A stretch of DNA of 63,206 nucleotides, filler included, from Octopus bimaculoides (GCF_001194135.2; 6 parts of 6 records of this genome joined end to end with filler, not necessarily neighbours in it); one strand, 5' to 3'. Positions 1 to 12,157 are shown, numbered from the whole stretch's first letter. The notes: a model not told the origin generated them from the letters alone. Translations and numbers: made by a program.

Positions 1-50
1 TACATACATACATACATACATACATGTGCGTGTGTGTGTGTGTGTGTATA

Positions 51-616
51 CACAGACATGCATGAAGTAAACACCTTTAATTTTCAATATCTTTTACTTG
101 ATATTAATTGGTTGAAGGAGAGGTTTTCTTCTAGCTGCTCGTCCATAATACCCAAGCTTATGCAGATATGTAACACCACATTCTTGGACTAACTTCTAGC
201 TGTTTTGCAATGTTAGAAGCCTTCGAACAGGGTTCGTTTTCCACAATTCTCTTCAAACAGCGAAGCTTCCTTTCCGAGGACGGCCGGGGCGAGAATTTGC
301 TGATTCTTTTCCTTGGCTTTTGAATTGCACTATAAATTTATTAACAGTAAGAAGAGGAATTTGAAAACTTTCGGCAATTTTTCGATGGCTAAGATTGCCC
401 AACAATACAACCTCTTTGAAAATCTGACAGTTCTGCTGAATTTTTTGTGCGTGGCATGGTTACCCTTCGCAAATGTTTAATATAATGGCACCTGAAATGA
501 AGAAGAATAATTACATTGTAACATTGTAAATTCTACACCGCTGAAAACATATTAAGACGCTTAGATCAGAAATTTTGAAAATTAAAGGGCGTCTATTTAT
601 TTCCCGCATGTCTGTG
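51..616 (-). mobile_element. Internally deleted Tc1-like DNA transposon retaining both TIRs and the N-terminal part of the transposase
   Basis: Imperfect TIRs CACAGACATGC...CCTTTAATTTTCAA at 51-87 and, inverted, 575-616, with TA on both sides (49-50, 617-618). The minus strand from ATG at 457 reads MPRTKNSAELSDFQRGCIVG...SRPGRPRK...LHKLGYYGRAARRKPLL with stops/frameshifts, typical of the Tc1 paired-like DNA-binding region. No DDE region. Confidence 0.85.
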
Positions 617-621
617 TATAT

Positions 622-720
622 GCGTAGGCTTGGCTGTGTGGTAAGAAACTTGCTTCTCAACCATGTGGTTCCGGGTTCAGTTCCACTATATGACATCTTG
701 AGCAAGTGCCTACTGCTAGG
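622..720 (+). mobile_element. SINE family B head fragment (tRNA-derived, CORE-like)
   Basis: TGGCTGTGTGGTAAG (A box), CCGGGTTCAGTTCC (B box), degenerate CCTTGGGCAAGTG; same family as 22576 and 58700. Confidence 0.7.
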
Positions 721-820
721 TGAAAACTTTTAGCATTACCTATGTATTGTACGGTTTTTTTTATATAATATATATATGTATGTATGTGTGTATATGTTTG
801 TCTGTGTATGTGTGTGTGTG

Positions 821-867
<47 letters not shown>

Positions 868-888
868 GTTTGTATGTATATACACTAC

Positions 889-1085
889 GAATATCTGCAC
901 ATCGCCAGTTACTGCAGCATCAGCTGAGAAATCGTTCAGCAAATTAAAGCTCATCAAAAGCTTCTTGAGGAGAATGATATGACACATGAGATACTGAATG
1001 ATGTAGCAATTCTTAGAATTAAAAAAACGAACTTGCAGAAAGATTGATTTCGATGAAATAGCAATAAAAATTTGCTTTAAAAATG
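889..1085 (+). mobile_element. hAT transposase C-terminal dimerisation-domain remnant (ZMYM1-like hAT type)
   Basis: Reads PVTAASAEKSFSKLKLIKSFLR, then with frameshifts MTHEILNDVAILRI...KIDFDEI, matching the hAT dimerisation motif PVTxASAERSFSKLKLIKxYLRSTMxxERLxxLAILSIE. Confidence 0.8.
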
Positions 1086-2223
1086 GCGTGTTTGACTCAG
1101 ATATTACAATTCTCAGTGCTGCATTACTGAGACCATTAATAGTAATTCCTGATAATGAATTTAAATTTTCAATAAATTATCCATTTAAATGAACAAATAT
1201 TTACGATTTTTATCTCTTCTCTGCATATTGTTGATTGTTGAAGACCTTTGCCTTCGAAAGAGCCACAAAGGAAATCGGCCTTTTAAACTGTAATTTAGTG
1301 GTATTAAAACTTGAGATGTTGCGAAAATTGCTAAATATCCTGAGTTTCTAGTGGTGGTGGTGGTGGTGGTGGTAGGGGCTTTGTCCTTGACCCCTCTGCT
1401 TCTGAATCCAGCTCTAGGGCCTGCAATCACTTCCTGTAATATTGACAGAAGTATTAGCTGAAGAGATAAATGCTGAACATCGCTTTCTTTAACAATTTGC
1501 ACTTGAAGTTCATTACCTTGCAAAATAAATAACGAACAGTTAATTGCAAAAACGCCAGCTTTTCACCTGATAGCATTCGATATGGTTTGAGAAAACCAAA
1601 TATATCACTGGTCACTTGTTTGACTCTGCTACTTTGGATAGTTTATAGGGAAGTTTGATAAGTTCAATTGCCGCGTGGAGTGAAGATTCTTGCCCAACAC
1701 AACCCAAATGACAACACCACCTCCTCTTTCTCATATTCTTTCTCAGTTCCTAAGGAACATCGGTAGTCAAGGCGCTTGGCTCTTCATTCCTCAAAACTAA
1801 TAAATTTTTCAAAACCTTCTAAGAAATCTAATAACTAATTTTTAACAACATAGACCGTCTGCAAACTTCCTAGACACAGGGTTTTTGCCATATATAAATA
1901 TTTATTTTGTCGTCATCAGCTTGGTGAACAGATATACACAGATTAAAATGCACACTCCAAACTGCATAATATATTGCCTGCAGTAGATTGGAATTCAATA
2001 CCTATGATGGTTGTCGAATATCAAAGTCACTTGACCATTTCACCTTTACACATATTTACATTTATTAGTTGTGATATTAATATGTATGATTTCTATAGTT
2101 ATGATTGTATAAGATGTTTAATATAAGATTTATCAACGCTATTTACCATATGCGTGACTGTCATGTATTGATGTATTATAATTTACGCACATATATTTGC
2201 TTTTACTAGTTATATTTTTATGG

Positions 2224-2437
2224 AAGGCGGTGAGCTGGCAGAATCGTTAGCATGATGGGCAAAATGCTTAGCGGCTTTTCGTCCGTCTTTACGTTCTGAG
2301 CTCAAATTCCGCTGAGGTCGAATTTATCTTTCATCTTTTCGGGATCGATTAAATAAATACCAGTTGAATACTGGAGACGATGTAATCGACTCAATCCTCC
2401 CCCAAAATTGCTGGCCTTGAGTCAAAATTTGAAACCA
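2224..2437 (+). mobile_element. SINE family A
   Basis: GGCGGTGAGCTGGCAGAATCGTTAG head, GAGCTCAAATTCC B box, GTCGA...TTTCATC...TCGAT.AAATAA.TACCAG core, AAAATTGCTGGCCTTG tail. Confidence 0.85.
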
Positions 2438-2624
2438 ATAATTCTATCTTTATGTATGTATTACTTGTTGTTATTGTTGGCTTTGTTGTTTAATCTAAAT
2501 CAGTTCTGATCTAACAGATCTATAATCAATAGACATTCTCATCACGATTGTTCTGTCTATTTAATTTTTTGATACACATTTTAATCAGGACTCCATGTTC
2601 TTTTTAAAGTCGATCTATTTTTAG

Positions 2625-3284
2625 CAGTGGTGGCTCGTGTACAGGAACAACGGAATTTCAGCACTCCCTATTTCCACTCTATTATCGATATAATGAGTCC
2701 TTTTTTCTATAATTCTCACTTGTACATTATATAATCCTTAAGTTTAATGTCAGTAACCATCCCCTAGTTTATGAAAAAAATACAAAAATCCTTGTATAGA
2801 ACCGTGCGCTTCATAGTTCCAGCGACGCGGTGTTTGACTGTTGTGCGCATGCTCACATGTCCGAGATAGGAAGCTTCATATAAGGGAGAGAGAGAGCACT
2901 GCGTGAACGATAGTGCCGAGTGAAAGGTAGTGTTTCTTTTTGACTGCGCGTGTGTTGTGCTTAAAAACATGTTTATATTATTGATATAGTGATGAAATGT
3001 AGAATTAGATTATTATCCTGCTGCCAGGATTTGAGAAGTAGGACACATCCCCCACCCCATTTATTTTGTGATTTGGTGGGGATCTTTGAAAAACAAAGGG
3101 TAATTCGCGTCGGTGTTCAGTGAACAAATTAAACACACTACCCGGCAGTGGCTAAAACGCGAACCGATCAAGTTTATGTATAAATTTTCTTTTATATGTT
3201 CGTTTCCTTTTACACAATATTAAAACAGCGGCTAATTTTTTCTGAAGCAGCACTCCCACTAATTTTATCTACGAGTCGCCACTG
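2625..3284. mobile_element. Non-autonomous hAT-like element (MITE)
   Basis: TIRs CAGTGGTGGCTCGT / reverse complement CAGTGGCGACTCGT (12/14). Subterminal CAGCACTCCC near both ends. The 8-bp flanks ATTTTTAG / GCTCTTAG match 5/8 (decayed TSD). Confidence 0.65.
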
Positions 3285-4199
3285 GCTCTTAGGCAAATTT
3301 AGCGGGTTCAGTGACCATATAGAGGTGTTTATTTCCTCGATTCGAATGTATTGCCTTAAGCGATGAGGTAATTACTGCTGCTGTCTCCAACGCCAATTCA
3401 CGAAATGAATCTTTACATATTCGCACCAGTCTTTCATAATAAATGAAAGACTGAATAGATGCACGAAGATTCGAAGGTCGACGTAGTGACTAAGACAGCA
3501 GAAAGGGGTGGCCTCAGAGAGTGTGTTAATTGGAGGGGTAAAACCCGGAGTAGCATGCTGTTGGAAATATTCAGTTTAGTTACGTGAAATAGGATACAGA
3601 TTCCATCGAACATCATGTTAAAGAATGAACAGGTCGACGTCTGTTGAAAGATAGCTGAGTTATAGTAACCAGATGTTTTTGTTCAAGCACATGTTATTCA
3701 ACAAACCGTCGAATTCAGACAGCCATTGATAATGGCTTTTGTTTACCTTGAAAATATCTTTGATAGTGAATATTGGTTTACAACCTAGATAGTAGTACAT
3801 CGCTTTGATTTGACTGAAAAAATATATAGACCTCGTAGGTGTAATGCATCAAGTAAATGTCACGTTAGAGTAAACACTTATTCTGTCCTTCCGTTTTTCT
3901 TTTTGGTTAGTCATAATCTTTTTTCTCTCTATATTGTTTTCATTCATATAGGTTTAGGTTTTCTTCTTCTGGTACATAATGTCATTTATTTTACTGCTCA
4001 TCCTTTTAGCCATTTTTCCGGAGCATGTACCCACGCCATTACCATCAACTCTTCATTATTTTTCATCAATACATGGTACATTTGTAATGTCTAGAACCAC
4101 TTCGTTTCTTGCAAACATGTGCCATCTGATACCAACGATTCTACGTAACGCTTATTTTTAAATCCCCCAAAACGATTAGCTGCATTATCTTCCAATATT

Positions 4200-4414
4200 C
4201 TTTTCTGCTCTAAGCACAACGCCCGAAATTTTTGGGGAGGGAGCCAGTTGATTAGATCGAACCAGTACGCAACTGGTACTTAATTTATCGACCCCGAAAG
4301 GATGAAAGGCAAAGTTGACCTCAGCAGAATTTGAACTCAGAACGTGAAAACGGATGACATACCACTAAGCATTTCGCCCGGCGTGCTAACGATTCTGCCA
4401 GCTAACCGCATTTT
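4200..4414 (-). mobile_element. SINE family A with 12-bp TSD
   Basis: Reverse complement of the family A consensus, flanked by TCTTCCAATATT at 4188-4199 and 4415-4426. Confidence 0.85.
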
Positions 4415-4449
4415 TCTTCCAATATTATCTACCGTATATTCTTTCTATC

Positions 4450-4645
4450 TTTCTAATATCGACACAAGCCCAACAGTTTTAAGGGGACTGGGGAGTTGAT
4501 TTCAACGATCTCAGTAATTGATTGGTACTTTATAATATCGATCCTGAAAGAATGAAAGGCAAAACTGACATCGGCAGGATTTGAACTCAGAACGTAAAGA
4601 GCCGGAAAAAACTAGCGTTAACGATTCTTTCCAATTCACCGCCTT
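4450..4645 (-). mobile_element. SINE family A, degraded
   Basis: GGTACTT...ATCGATCCTGAAAGAATGAAAGGCAAA...ATTTGAACTCAGAACGT. Confidence 0.7.
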
Positions 4646-5259
4646 GCATTTTCTAGCATATATGAAAACACTTGTTACGAATGGTGTTTACAGTTTATAT
4701 TCCATATGAATTAGCGATCTATGTTATTTCCACTCATCTGAAAGCATTTTCGCTACTTGAATTGTTTTCTTAAATTCTTCATCAAATCTAGTTTCATCAC
4801 CTTCTCCTGCTCATTCAATGGCACATTTCTTCTGCCTGCTCAGTTTTCATGATTCTAGTTTTATTGACTGTTTTTCAGCCGACACCTAAGATATACAATC
4901 TTTGTATGTCTAATGTTTTGTTACTAAACAAAACAATATCATCTGCATAATCTAGCTACACCAAACGCATTTTATAAATTCATTCGACTCCTTGACTTCC
5001 ATCTCCGACTGTCTTTTTGTTTGTTTTTCTTTTCTTTTATTTATTTATTGCTCGTGATGTAATTTATTAGAACGGTAAATAAGAGACGTTATAAAATATC
5101 TCCCTGCAGCATTTCATTCCCGACTTCAAATCAATTTGGAAGCTGACGGTTTACTCTCACTCGGCTGTAACTCTATATTTACTATTAAAACCCTTTCCAA
5201 CGTCTGCAAAATCCAGTAAAAAAAAATGTGTGAATTTAACGGACTGTTGTATTGTCTTT

Positions 5260-5472
5260 TATCCCTTATCAATCAATGGACGGCGGCCAAGCCGGAGCAC
5301 CGCTTCGAACAATTTTAGATCGAACAATTTTAGATCGAACAGATCAACCTCAGTACTCATGTTTCAAATCTGGCACTTATTCTATCGATCACTCATTTCG
5401 GACTGTTAAGTTACGGGGAGTAAACAAACCAGCACCGGTTTACCAGTAGTGGGAGAGGACTGACACAAACAA
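5260..5472 (-). mobile_element. SINE family B 3' half, degraded
   Basis: GGAGCACCGC...ACTTATTCTATCG...TAAGTTACGGGGA.TAAACA.ACCAGCACCGGTT, with an internal 16-bp duplication TCGAACAATTTTAGAT. Confidence 0.65.
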
Positions 5473-5659
5473 GTAAACCACAACCACGCACACATATCCA
5501 TCTATCTATCTATCTATCTATTTATCTATATAATTATAAAATGTTTGCATAAGTTTACCGATAATGGTTCTTTTAACATACCGAGCTACTTGGTAAAATG
5601 ATTAATTATTAATTTTACCCTATATCAGTATTCATATATATACACACACACACATATAT

Positions 5660-5759
5660 NNNNNNNNNNNNNNNNNNNNNNNNNNNNNNNNNNNNNNNNN
5701 NNNTTAATTAATTAANNNNNNNNNNNNNNNNNNNNNNNNNNNNNNNNNNNNNNNNNNNN
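5660..5759. other. Artificial 100-bp scaffold spacer (44 N + TTAATTAATTAA + 44 N)
   Basis: Palindromic six-frame-stop linker at 5704-5715; the same linker recurs inside N runs at 23975-23986, 42582-42593, 52795-52806 and 59651-59662. Confidence 0.95.
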
Positions 5760-5837
<78 letters not shown>

Positions 5838-6459
5838 TGAAAATTGAGTAGAGATTTATTCACACACAAAACTTTTTTTATTAAAACTTTTTCTACAGCG
5901 TGTATAAAAGTGACCAACATATGTTTCTGCTACAGCAACAGTTCATTGCTCTGTATGCAATTATGCATCCTAATCACAGTAATTTTATCAAGCATTGCTT
6001 TTTAAAACGAACTGAATTCTGGTATTGTAATCACCTCTGTATAGATATATACACATATACATATGTGAAAGTGTGTGCGCGTGCATGTACGTGCGTATGT
6101 ATGTGAGTACGTGGGCACGCGTGTGCTTGTGTGTCTCTGTTTATGTATGGGCTTGGGGGTGCATGCCTATGTGTGTATTCATTTATTATTAATTCTGAAC
6201 GTACTTATTACATAACTGGGCTTGGCCAATTCCTTTATTCGAGTTTTTTAAAGTAATGAGAAAAACTATTCAATTACATATACACGTATGTAGTTATGTA
6301 AGTATGCAATTATGCATGTGAGTATGTATGTATGTATGTATGTATGCGTGTGTGTAGATATTTATATATTAGCTATTATATACATATTCTTTTATTCTTT
6401 GACTTAATTCACTCATTACATTGCGGCTGTGCTGGCGTGCCGCATATATATGAATATAT

Positions 6460-6671
6460 GTGTGTGTGTTATTTCTTTACTACCCACAAGGGGCTACACA
6501 CAGAAGGGACAAACAAGGACAGACAAACGGATTATATCGATTATATCGACGCCAGTGCGTAACTGGTACTTATTTAATCGACCCCGAAAGGATGAAAGGC
6601 AAAGTCGACCTCGGCGGAATTTGAACTCAGAACGTAGCGGGCAGACGAAATACCGCTAAGCATTCCGCCCG

Positions 6672-6672
<1 letters not shown>
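6460..6672 (-). mobile_element. SINE family A monomer with alternative 3' tail, head ending at a (TG)n tract
   Basis: Family A core plus the TTTGTCTGTCCTTGTTTGTCCC...TTGTGGG tail also seen in the middle of the 31298-31699 dimer. Confidence 0.85.
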
Positions 6673-6719
<47 letters not shown>

Positions 6720-8749
6720 ATCTCATTTGAATTTGTTATTTGCAATCTACACAAAGCGAAATAGCTGTGAGTGAAGATATGAGTTTTATATGAATATGCA
6801 CTAACAAAATCTTTCGAAATATATGTCAGAGATGATCCAACCGAAACTTTAAAGGCTAAATTTCAACAAGTAGTTATCAATACATAAACTTAAACATAGC
6901 GATAAAGGATATGTTTAGACACCCGTTCATATACGTTATAGTAAGGCTTATTCTTTAAGTTTTACTGATGTCAATGAATTGTTTACAGAATGTTTCAAGA
7001 TTAGTGAATTAGGGCAGATTAGTTTTGAATTAGGGCAGATTAGTAGTAATAATTACAGAAAATTATAGTTATAAGTGTATTTAAAACAAAAGGCAAAAAT
7101 GAATAATTAAATACTGATATACGTGGTCCAAATATAGACTGACCTCTTAACATGTTAGGGCGCAAAATGATAGTGATGTCCTTCGTGTAAATTTATTGGA
7201 TAGCCAGATTAATTGTACCGGTGTAATGAATTTTACTTCATAGAAATAAAATGTTTTACCTCATAGAAATAAAATAATTTAGAACATACCGAAGTTAACA
7301 ATATAACGAAACCCCTAATTGAGGTACATTAAGATACAAAGGAAATATAATCAAACTGTGTATGAACTATTATATTAAAAGAATCATATACAGTAATAAA
7401 AATTCTTATTAATCAAGATGAAAAAAGCTAACGAAAGCAATTAGAATGATTAATTATGCTATAACTTTATATACAAGGCATATTAATTTGTGTCGAGGGA
7501 AGAAATATATTAATGTATGTATATTTAGTAATTTGAAGTGCATAACCACAAAGAATCGTGTGTTAAAGATTAGAAATTTAAATGATATTATACAGAAGTA
7601 ATAAAAATGACGAAAATGTTAACAATGTATAATAAAACAGTCTGAAATCAGCAAATAGATCCAACTCTGCAAGTAGGTGAATATTTGTGAGTTTCGAGTC
7701 TGATTACAAAAGTGGAGTTCTCAATGATTGGTAAGTCTGAATTAAAATTCTAATGTGTTTCTTGACAAGTATATAGTAATGTAGGTCTTTATGGGTAGAT
7801 TTGGGATATGAAATGAATGTCAAATTGTTAAACGCCGACCAGCAAACTCATGGATCAAAACGATTCTGTTATGGCTACGGTTTATGTCTGGTCAAGCATT
7901 CATTCTTGGGCTGTGATTGGTGGGTATGGTCGCGCTTATCAGGCATGTCTTCTCATACAGAGTTGCACTTCTAGATCAAAACTATGAATAGGTCCATTGC
8001 ATTTAGAATGTATTCAGACGTTCACTATAAGTGTTGAACTTGTTTCAGCGCCAGATTTTTAGTTCGCGAAGTTGTTTACAAAAACCTCACATCAAATAAG
8101 ATATTGAAATAATCTGAGAATATACTTTCTCAAATTCTATCCGTGAAACACTGCACACTAGACGTCTATTTTTTCTGTTATACATAATTAATTTTACCTA
8201 AATTGATTCCAAAGTGTTTCTAACATTTCTTTACTGGGTATCATATTAGTCCCTGTTTTGTTACTGAATATCATCCTAAATATTTTTTGTGGAGTGTTTT
8301 CAAAAGCATGTCTTTTATGGTATCGTTTTACTCAAAAGTGATATTTTTAACACCTATTTTTAAAGATGATAGTTATGGTTTAAAGACTATATTTTTGCAG
8401 TAATGTCTTTCCCTGTTGATGCTGTTTGTTATCATCGTAGAAGGCGTATATTTGATACGTGTGTCGTAGAGAAGTGTTGTAAGCTGTCACTTTGGTAATT
8501 TTACTAGCTACTATATATAGACTGTCTAGTTCTCTCTTTCATTTTTAGAGCGTCTGACTTGCAAAGCAATATTTCCTTATGATCTTTACATTCAGATATC
8601 AAATCGAGTCGTGATCAACTTTGATTTCACCACTACGAGGTCGATAAAATAAGTATCAACTGAGCACTGGGGTCAACTACTGTCCACTTTGACGCCTTTT
8701 GCGGTTCTGATGCTCCAAATTCTTCCTTTTTCAAATTTTAAGGTATTGA

Positions 8750-9030
8750 ATTTATTATCATCATTATTATTATAATTTCCTTTGCACAGTCTCTAATGCT
8801 GGAGATGACTTCGATGTCAGCTATTCACTACCAGTGAACTAAGGTAACACCCCTGATTTTTCGAGCACCATCCGGAGTATTCGAGCAGTTCCAAGTAGTG
8901 CTGTTTCTGCCAGTGTTCCAACCTTATTGCAGCCCCTATTTGTTGCATGTACTGCTCAAGATTTTTATTCACTGTTCCTAAGGCTCCTACAATTACTGGT
9001 ACTACTACCGCCTTTTTCAGCGACCTTAAC
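8750..9030 (-). mobile_element. R4/Dong-type non-LTR retrotransposon 3' end (restriction-like endonuclease C-terminus, 3' UTR, TAA-type tail)
   Basis: Minus strand reads KKAVVVPVIVGALGTVNKNLEQYMQQIG...TALLGTARILRMVLEKSGVLP*, the conserved C-terminus of RLE-bearing R4/Dong ORFs. Confidence 0.8.
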
Positions 9031-9108
9031 TGCTTAACCTCGCAAGGAGTAGGGAATCACCAACAAGAGGTGGAAGCAGCGACCCTCTCTAACAGCGCAT
9101 GCCTCCAT

Positions 9109-9109
9109 T

Positions 9110-9166
<57 letters not shown>
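9109..9166. repeat. (ACT)n microsatellite
   Basis: Perfect trinucleotide run. Confidence 0.95.
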
Positions 9167-9720
9167 TATGTTGATTTGGGCATTAATATGTATATCTTTG
9201 TTTATTTAACTGTCTTCTTTCTGGACAGTCTTCTGCTAACACCAATGTAGGCTGAGGATAATCCAAATTGATCTCTTTTTGAAACAAATGTCTCTGAATA
9301 AGATTCCAATTGCTTTCCGTGTTTGTGAATGGGATAAGTTCGGAATAACCATTGATTAGACATTTCTATTTGCTATTCACGACTCAGACACCTACGAACA
9401 TTCACCTTATCATCTCGTTATCTTTTCATTAGTTCACAGACTCTCACACACACATAATATAATCAAACTTAGGAACGAACACATTCAAAATACTCACGTA
9501 CACAGTCGCAGAAAGGGAACTCACCCAGTAAGAAGCATTAACAAGTTTGCTTGACATAGTTCCGGTTACCTTGGGCAAGTGTCTTCTATTGTAGCCCCGG
9601 ACCGGCCAATGCCTTTTGAGTATACTTGGTAGACGGAAGTACTCTCTCTGATTAGTAAGAAACGCTCACTGTGAAGTGAAAGCCCATTTTACAGCGAAGA
9701 TTCCATACGAAATCCATCTA

Positions 9721-9916
9721 TACGATCGTTTCAAAATACGTCGCCTCATTTCATTAATGTAAAATCCAAGTCTCACATTTCTGGTTTTGTATCGATAGAC
9801 AACCAGAAATCTGAGATTTTTGAGAATATTCTTCTGACGAAACGATCATTGCCTTTGGATTTCCTAAATAGATTTTACAATTACGGAGTGTGGTGACGTC
9901 TTTTGAAACGATGGTA
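9721..9916. mobile_element. TA-flanked MITE (Tc1/mariner superfamily)
   Basis: TACGATCGTTTCAAAATACGTCGCC vs reverse complement of the right end TACCATCGTTTCAAAAGACGTCACC (22/25). Confidence 0.7.
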
Positions 9917-10104
9917 GAGATCAATTTCGAATGGACTCTTTTCTGGTTGTCGCTTTGTTCTTTATTTATATTATTTTAGTTTCGTTGCCTAAATTTTTTT
10001 GTCGCTGTTAATATGCATTAAGTTAATCCATTTATTTTTCTTCATTCCACTTCACTCGTATTATCACCCTTTTCGGTTGTATCACATTCTATTCGTATAT
10101 AGGT

Positions 10105-10408
10105 ACTTCTTTTTACTTGTTTCAGTCATTTGACTGCGGCCCTGCTGGAGCACCGCCTTTAGTCGAGCAAATCGAACCCAGGACTTATTCTTTGTAAGCC
10201 TAGTACTAATTCTATTGTTCTCTTTTGCCGAACCACTAATTTACGGGGTGGCAAACACACCACCATCGGTTGTCAATGATGTTGGGAGGGGGGGGATACA
10301 GACACGCAAACATATACACACACATGCATATATATGTACATATATACAACAGGCTTCTTTCAGTTTCCCTCTACCAAATCGACTTACAAGGTTTTTGGTC
10401 GGCCCGAG
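10105..10408 (-). mobile_element. SINE family B lacking its head, joined to a Penelope-type repeat
   Basis: Reverse complement of family B from CTCGGGCCGACC to the 3' end GACTGAAACAAGTAAAAAG. Confidence 0.85.
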
Positions 10409-10500
10409 CCTACGCTCTTCCACAGAAAGGAACACAGAAAGAAACAAAGAAACAAGGAGAGAAAAAAAATGTGTGTAGTGGTTAGCGATCTATCATGGCG
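10405..10500 (-). mobile_element. Penelope-like terminal repeat fragment with truncated hammerhead-like motif
   Basis: Minus strand ATAGATCGCTAACCACTACAC...CCTTTCTGTGGAAGAGCGTAGGCTCG; same family as 42120-42235. Confidence 0.6.
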
Positions 10501-11122
10501 AATATATATATAAATATACATAGAACAACCTCGGTTTANNNNNNNNNNNNNNNNNNNNNNNNNNNNNNNNNNNNNNNNNNNNNNNNNNNNNNNNNNNNNN
10601 NNNNNNNNNNNNNNNNNNNNNNNNNNNNNNNNNNNNNNNNNNNNNNNNNNNNNNNNNNNNNNNNNNNNNNNNNNNNNNNNNNNNNNNNNNNNNNNNNNNN
10701 NNNNNNNNNNNNNNNNNNNNNNNNNNNNNNNNNNNNNNNNNNNNNNNNNNNNNNNNNNNNNNNNNNNNNNNNNNNNNNNNNNNNNNNNNNNNNNNNNNNN
10801 NNNNNNNNNNNNNNNNNNNNNNNNNNNNNNNNNNNNNNNNNNNNNNNNNNNNNNNNNNNNNNNNNNNNNNNNNNNNNNNNNNNNNNNNNNNNNNNNNNNN
10901 NNNNNNNNNNNNNNNNNNNNNNNNNNNNNNNNNNNNNNNNNNNNNNNNNNNNNNNNNNNNNNNNNNNNNNNNNNNNNNNNNNNNNNNNNNNNNNNNNNNN
11001 NNNNNNNNNNNNNNNNNNNNNATACATATATATATATATATACATATATATATACGTACATATATAATATCTATATGTATATATGTACATATGTAATATA
11101 CATATACACATATATGTGTGTA

Positions 11123-11161
<39 letters not shown>

Positions 11162-11619
11162 ATTTGTGCATGCTGTTGATGATTCACCGGTAGATAACAC
11201 AAACACATGTAAATTCGTATGGGATATTATAGATGCCTTTATATATATATCTCTCTCTCAGGCTTTCTATCTTTGGTTCTTTCCTTCCTGGTTTCCTTTT
11301 TTCTGTTTTTTCTTCTTCTTCTTCCGCATTACCTTTCTCCCTTTCGTAGTTTCTTCTCTTTCTACCTTTCTTTGTTATTCCTCTTCCTTCCTTTATTCTT
11401 CTTTCATTCATAATTTCCTCTTTTCCCCCCTCATCTAGCCTATACCTGGATTCTTTCCCTTTCGTTCCATATAAATATATTTTGTCTATGTCTCCAACTT
11501 TCTGATTTACTTTTTGTTTTAGATATTTCTTCTGGTATCACTTTTTGCGCTTATTTCTCTATTTCTTTGTTGTATTCTTCTTTAATAACTTTTTCATTTA
11601 TTTTTCTGGTCTTTTTAAA

Positions 11620-12155
11620 TCCTGGATTAAGAGCCATCAAACGCTCACAACCTTCCGCGAAGCAGGCAATGTGGCCGCTGGTAGTTCCACTCCAGCGTTC
11701 TATAGAGAGTTATTTGAGGAAAAATGCGACGACGATCTCAGGGAAACTCTGGGCGTCGACGAACATCAACTGACCGGTCTGTTACGGAGGACTTTCTGGC
11801 CGGGGCCAATGGATAACTTCCAGAAACCGTCAGTGCTACCGAAGGGGCGGCTGCCCGTTCAAGATAACATTTATAGATACGGAAGTGCCGTCAGCCAAGG
11901 CTGCCCGAGGTGCGCGCAGAGTGACGAAACCGTCCTGCACGATCTCATCCAGTGCCCGAGCATTGCTGACCTGTGGGTTTATGTCGAACACCTGCTGTCG
12001 CGTATAGGACGGATCCGGCTCTCAGTTGAATTCATAGTGAAGATTACCCCACGACTCTTCTTTGGCCAGGAGGAGCAGGTAGTCTTTATTTGTCTAATGG
12101 CTGTAGAAAAACAGGCCGTGTTGGTGGTCACGTTTGAGATGGCTAAAGACAGACA
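11620..12155 (+). mobile_element. Tx1/L1-clade LINE ORF2 3' fragment (zf-RVT zinc knuckle)
   Basis: ORF 11545-12159 contains LPVQDNIYRYGSAVSQGCPRCAQSDETVLHDLIQCPSIADLW (CxxC...H...C). GC-rich against the AT-rich flanks and cut off by a SINE. Confidence 0.85.
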
Positions 12156-12157
12156 CT

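Larger units (their letters stand above)
3880..5240 (-). mobile_element. Decayed RTE-clade LINE (RT and C-terminus) interrupted by two SINEs
   Basis: Minus-strand motifs MLQGDIL*RLLF (about 5090-5125), DYADDIVL (YADD at 4938-4949), LRRIVGIRWH...NEVVL and W*WRGYMLR (about 4020-4150). Confidence 0.75.

Noticed and set aside
5704-5715. Recurrent palindrome TTAATTAATTAA (five copies)
   Set aside because: Always centred in N runs giving 100-bp blocks; a synthetic six-frame-stop scaffold linker, not biology.
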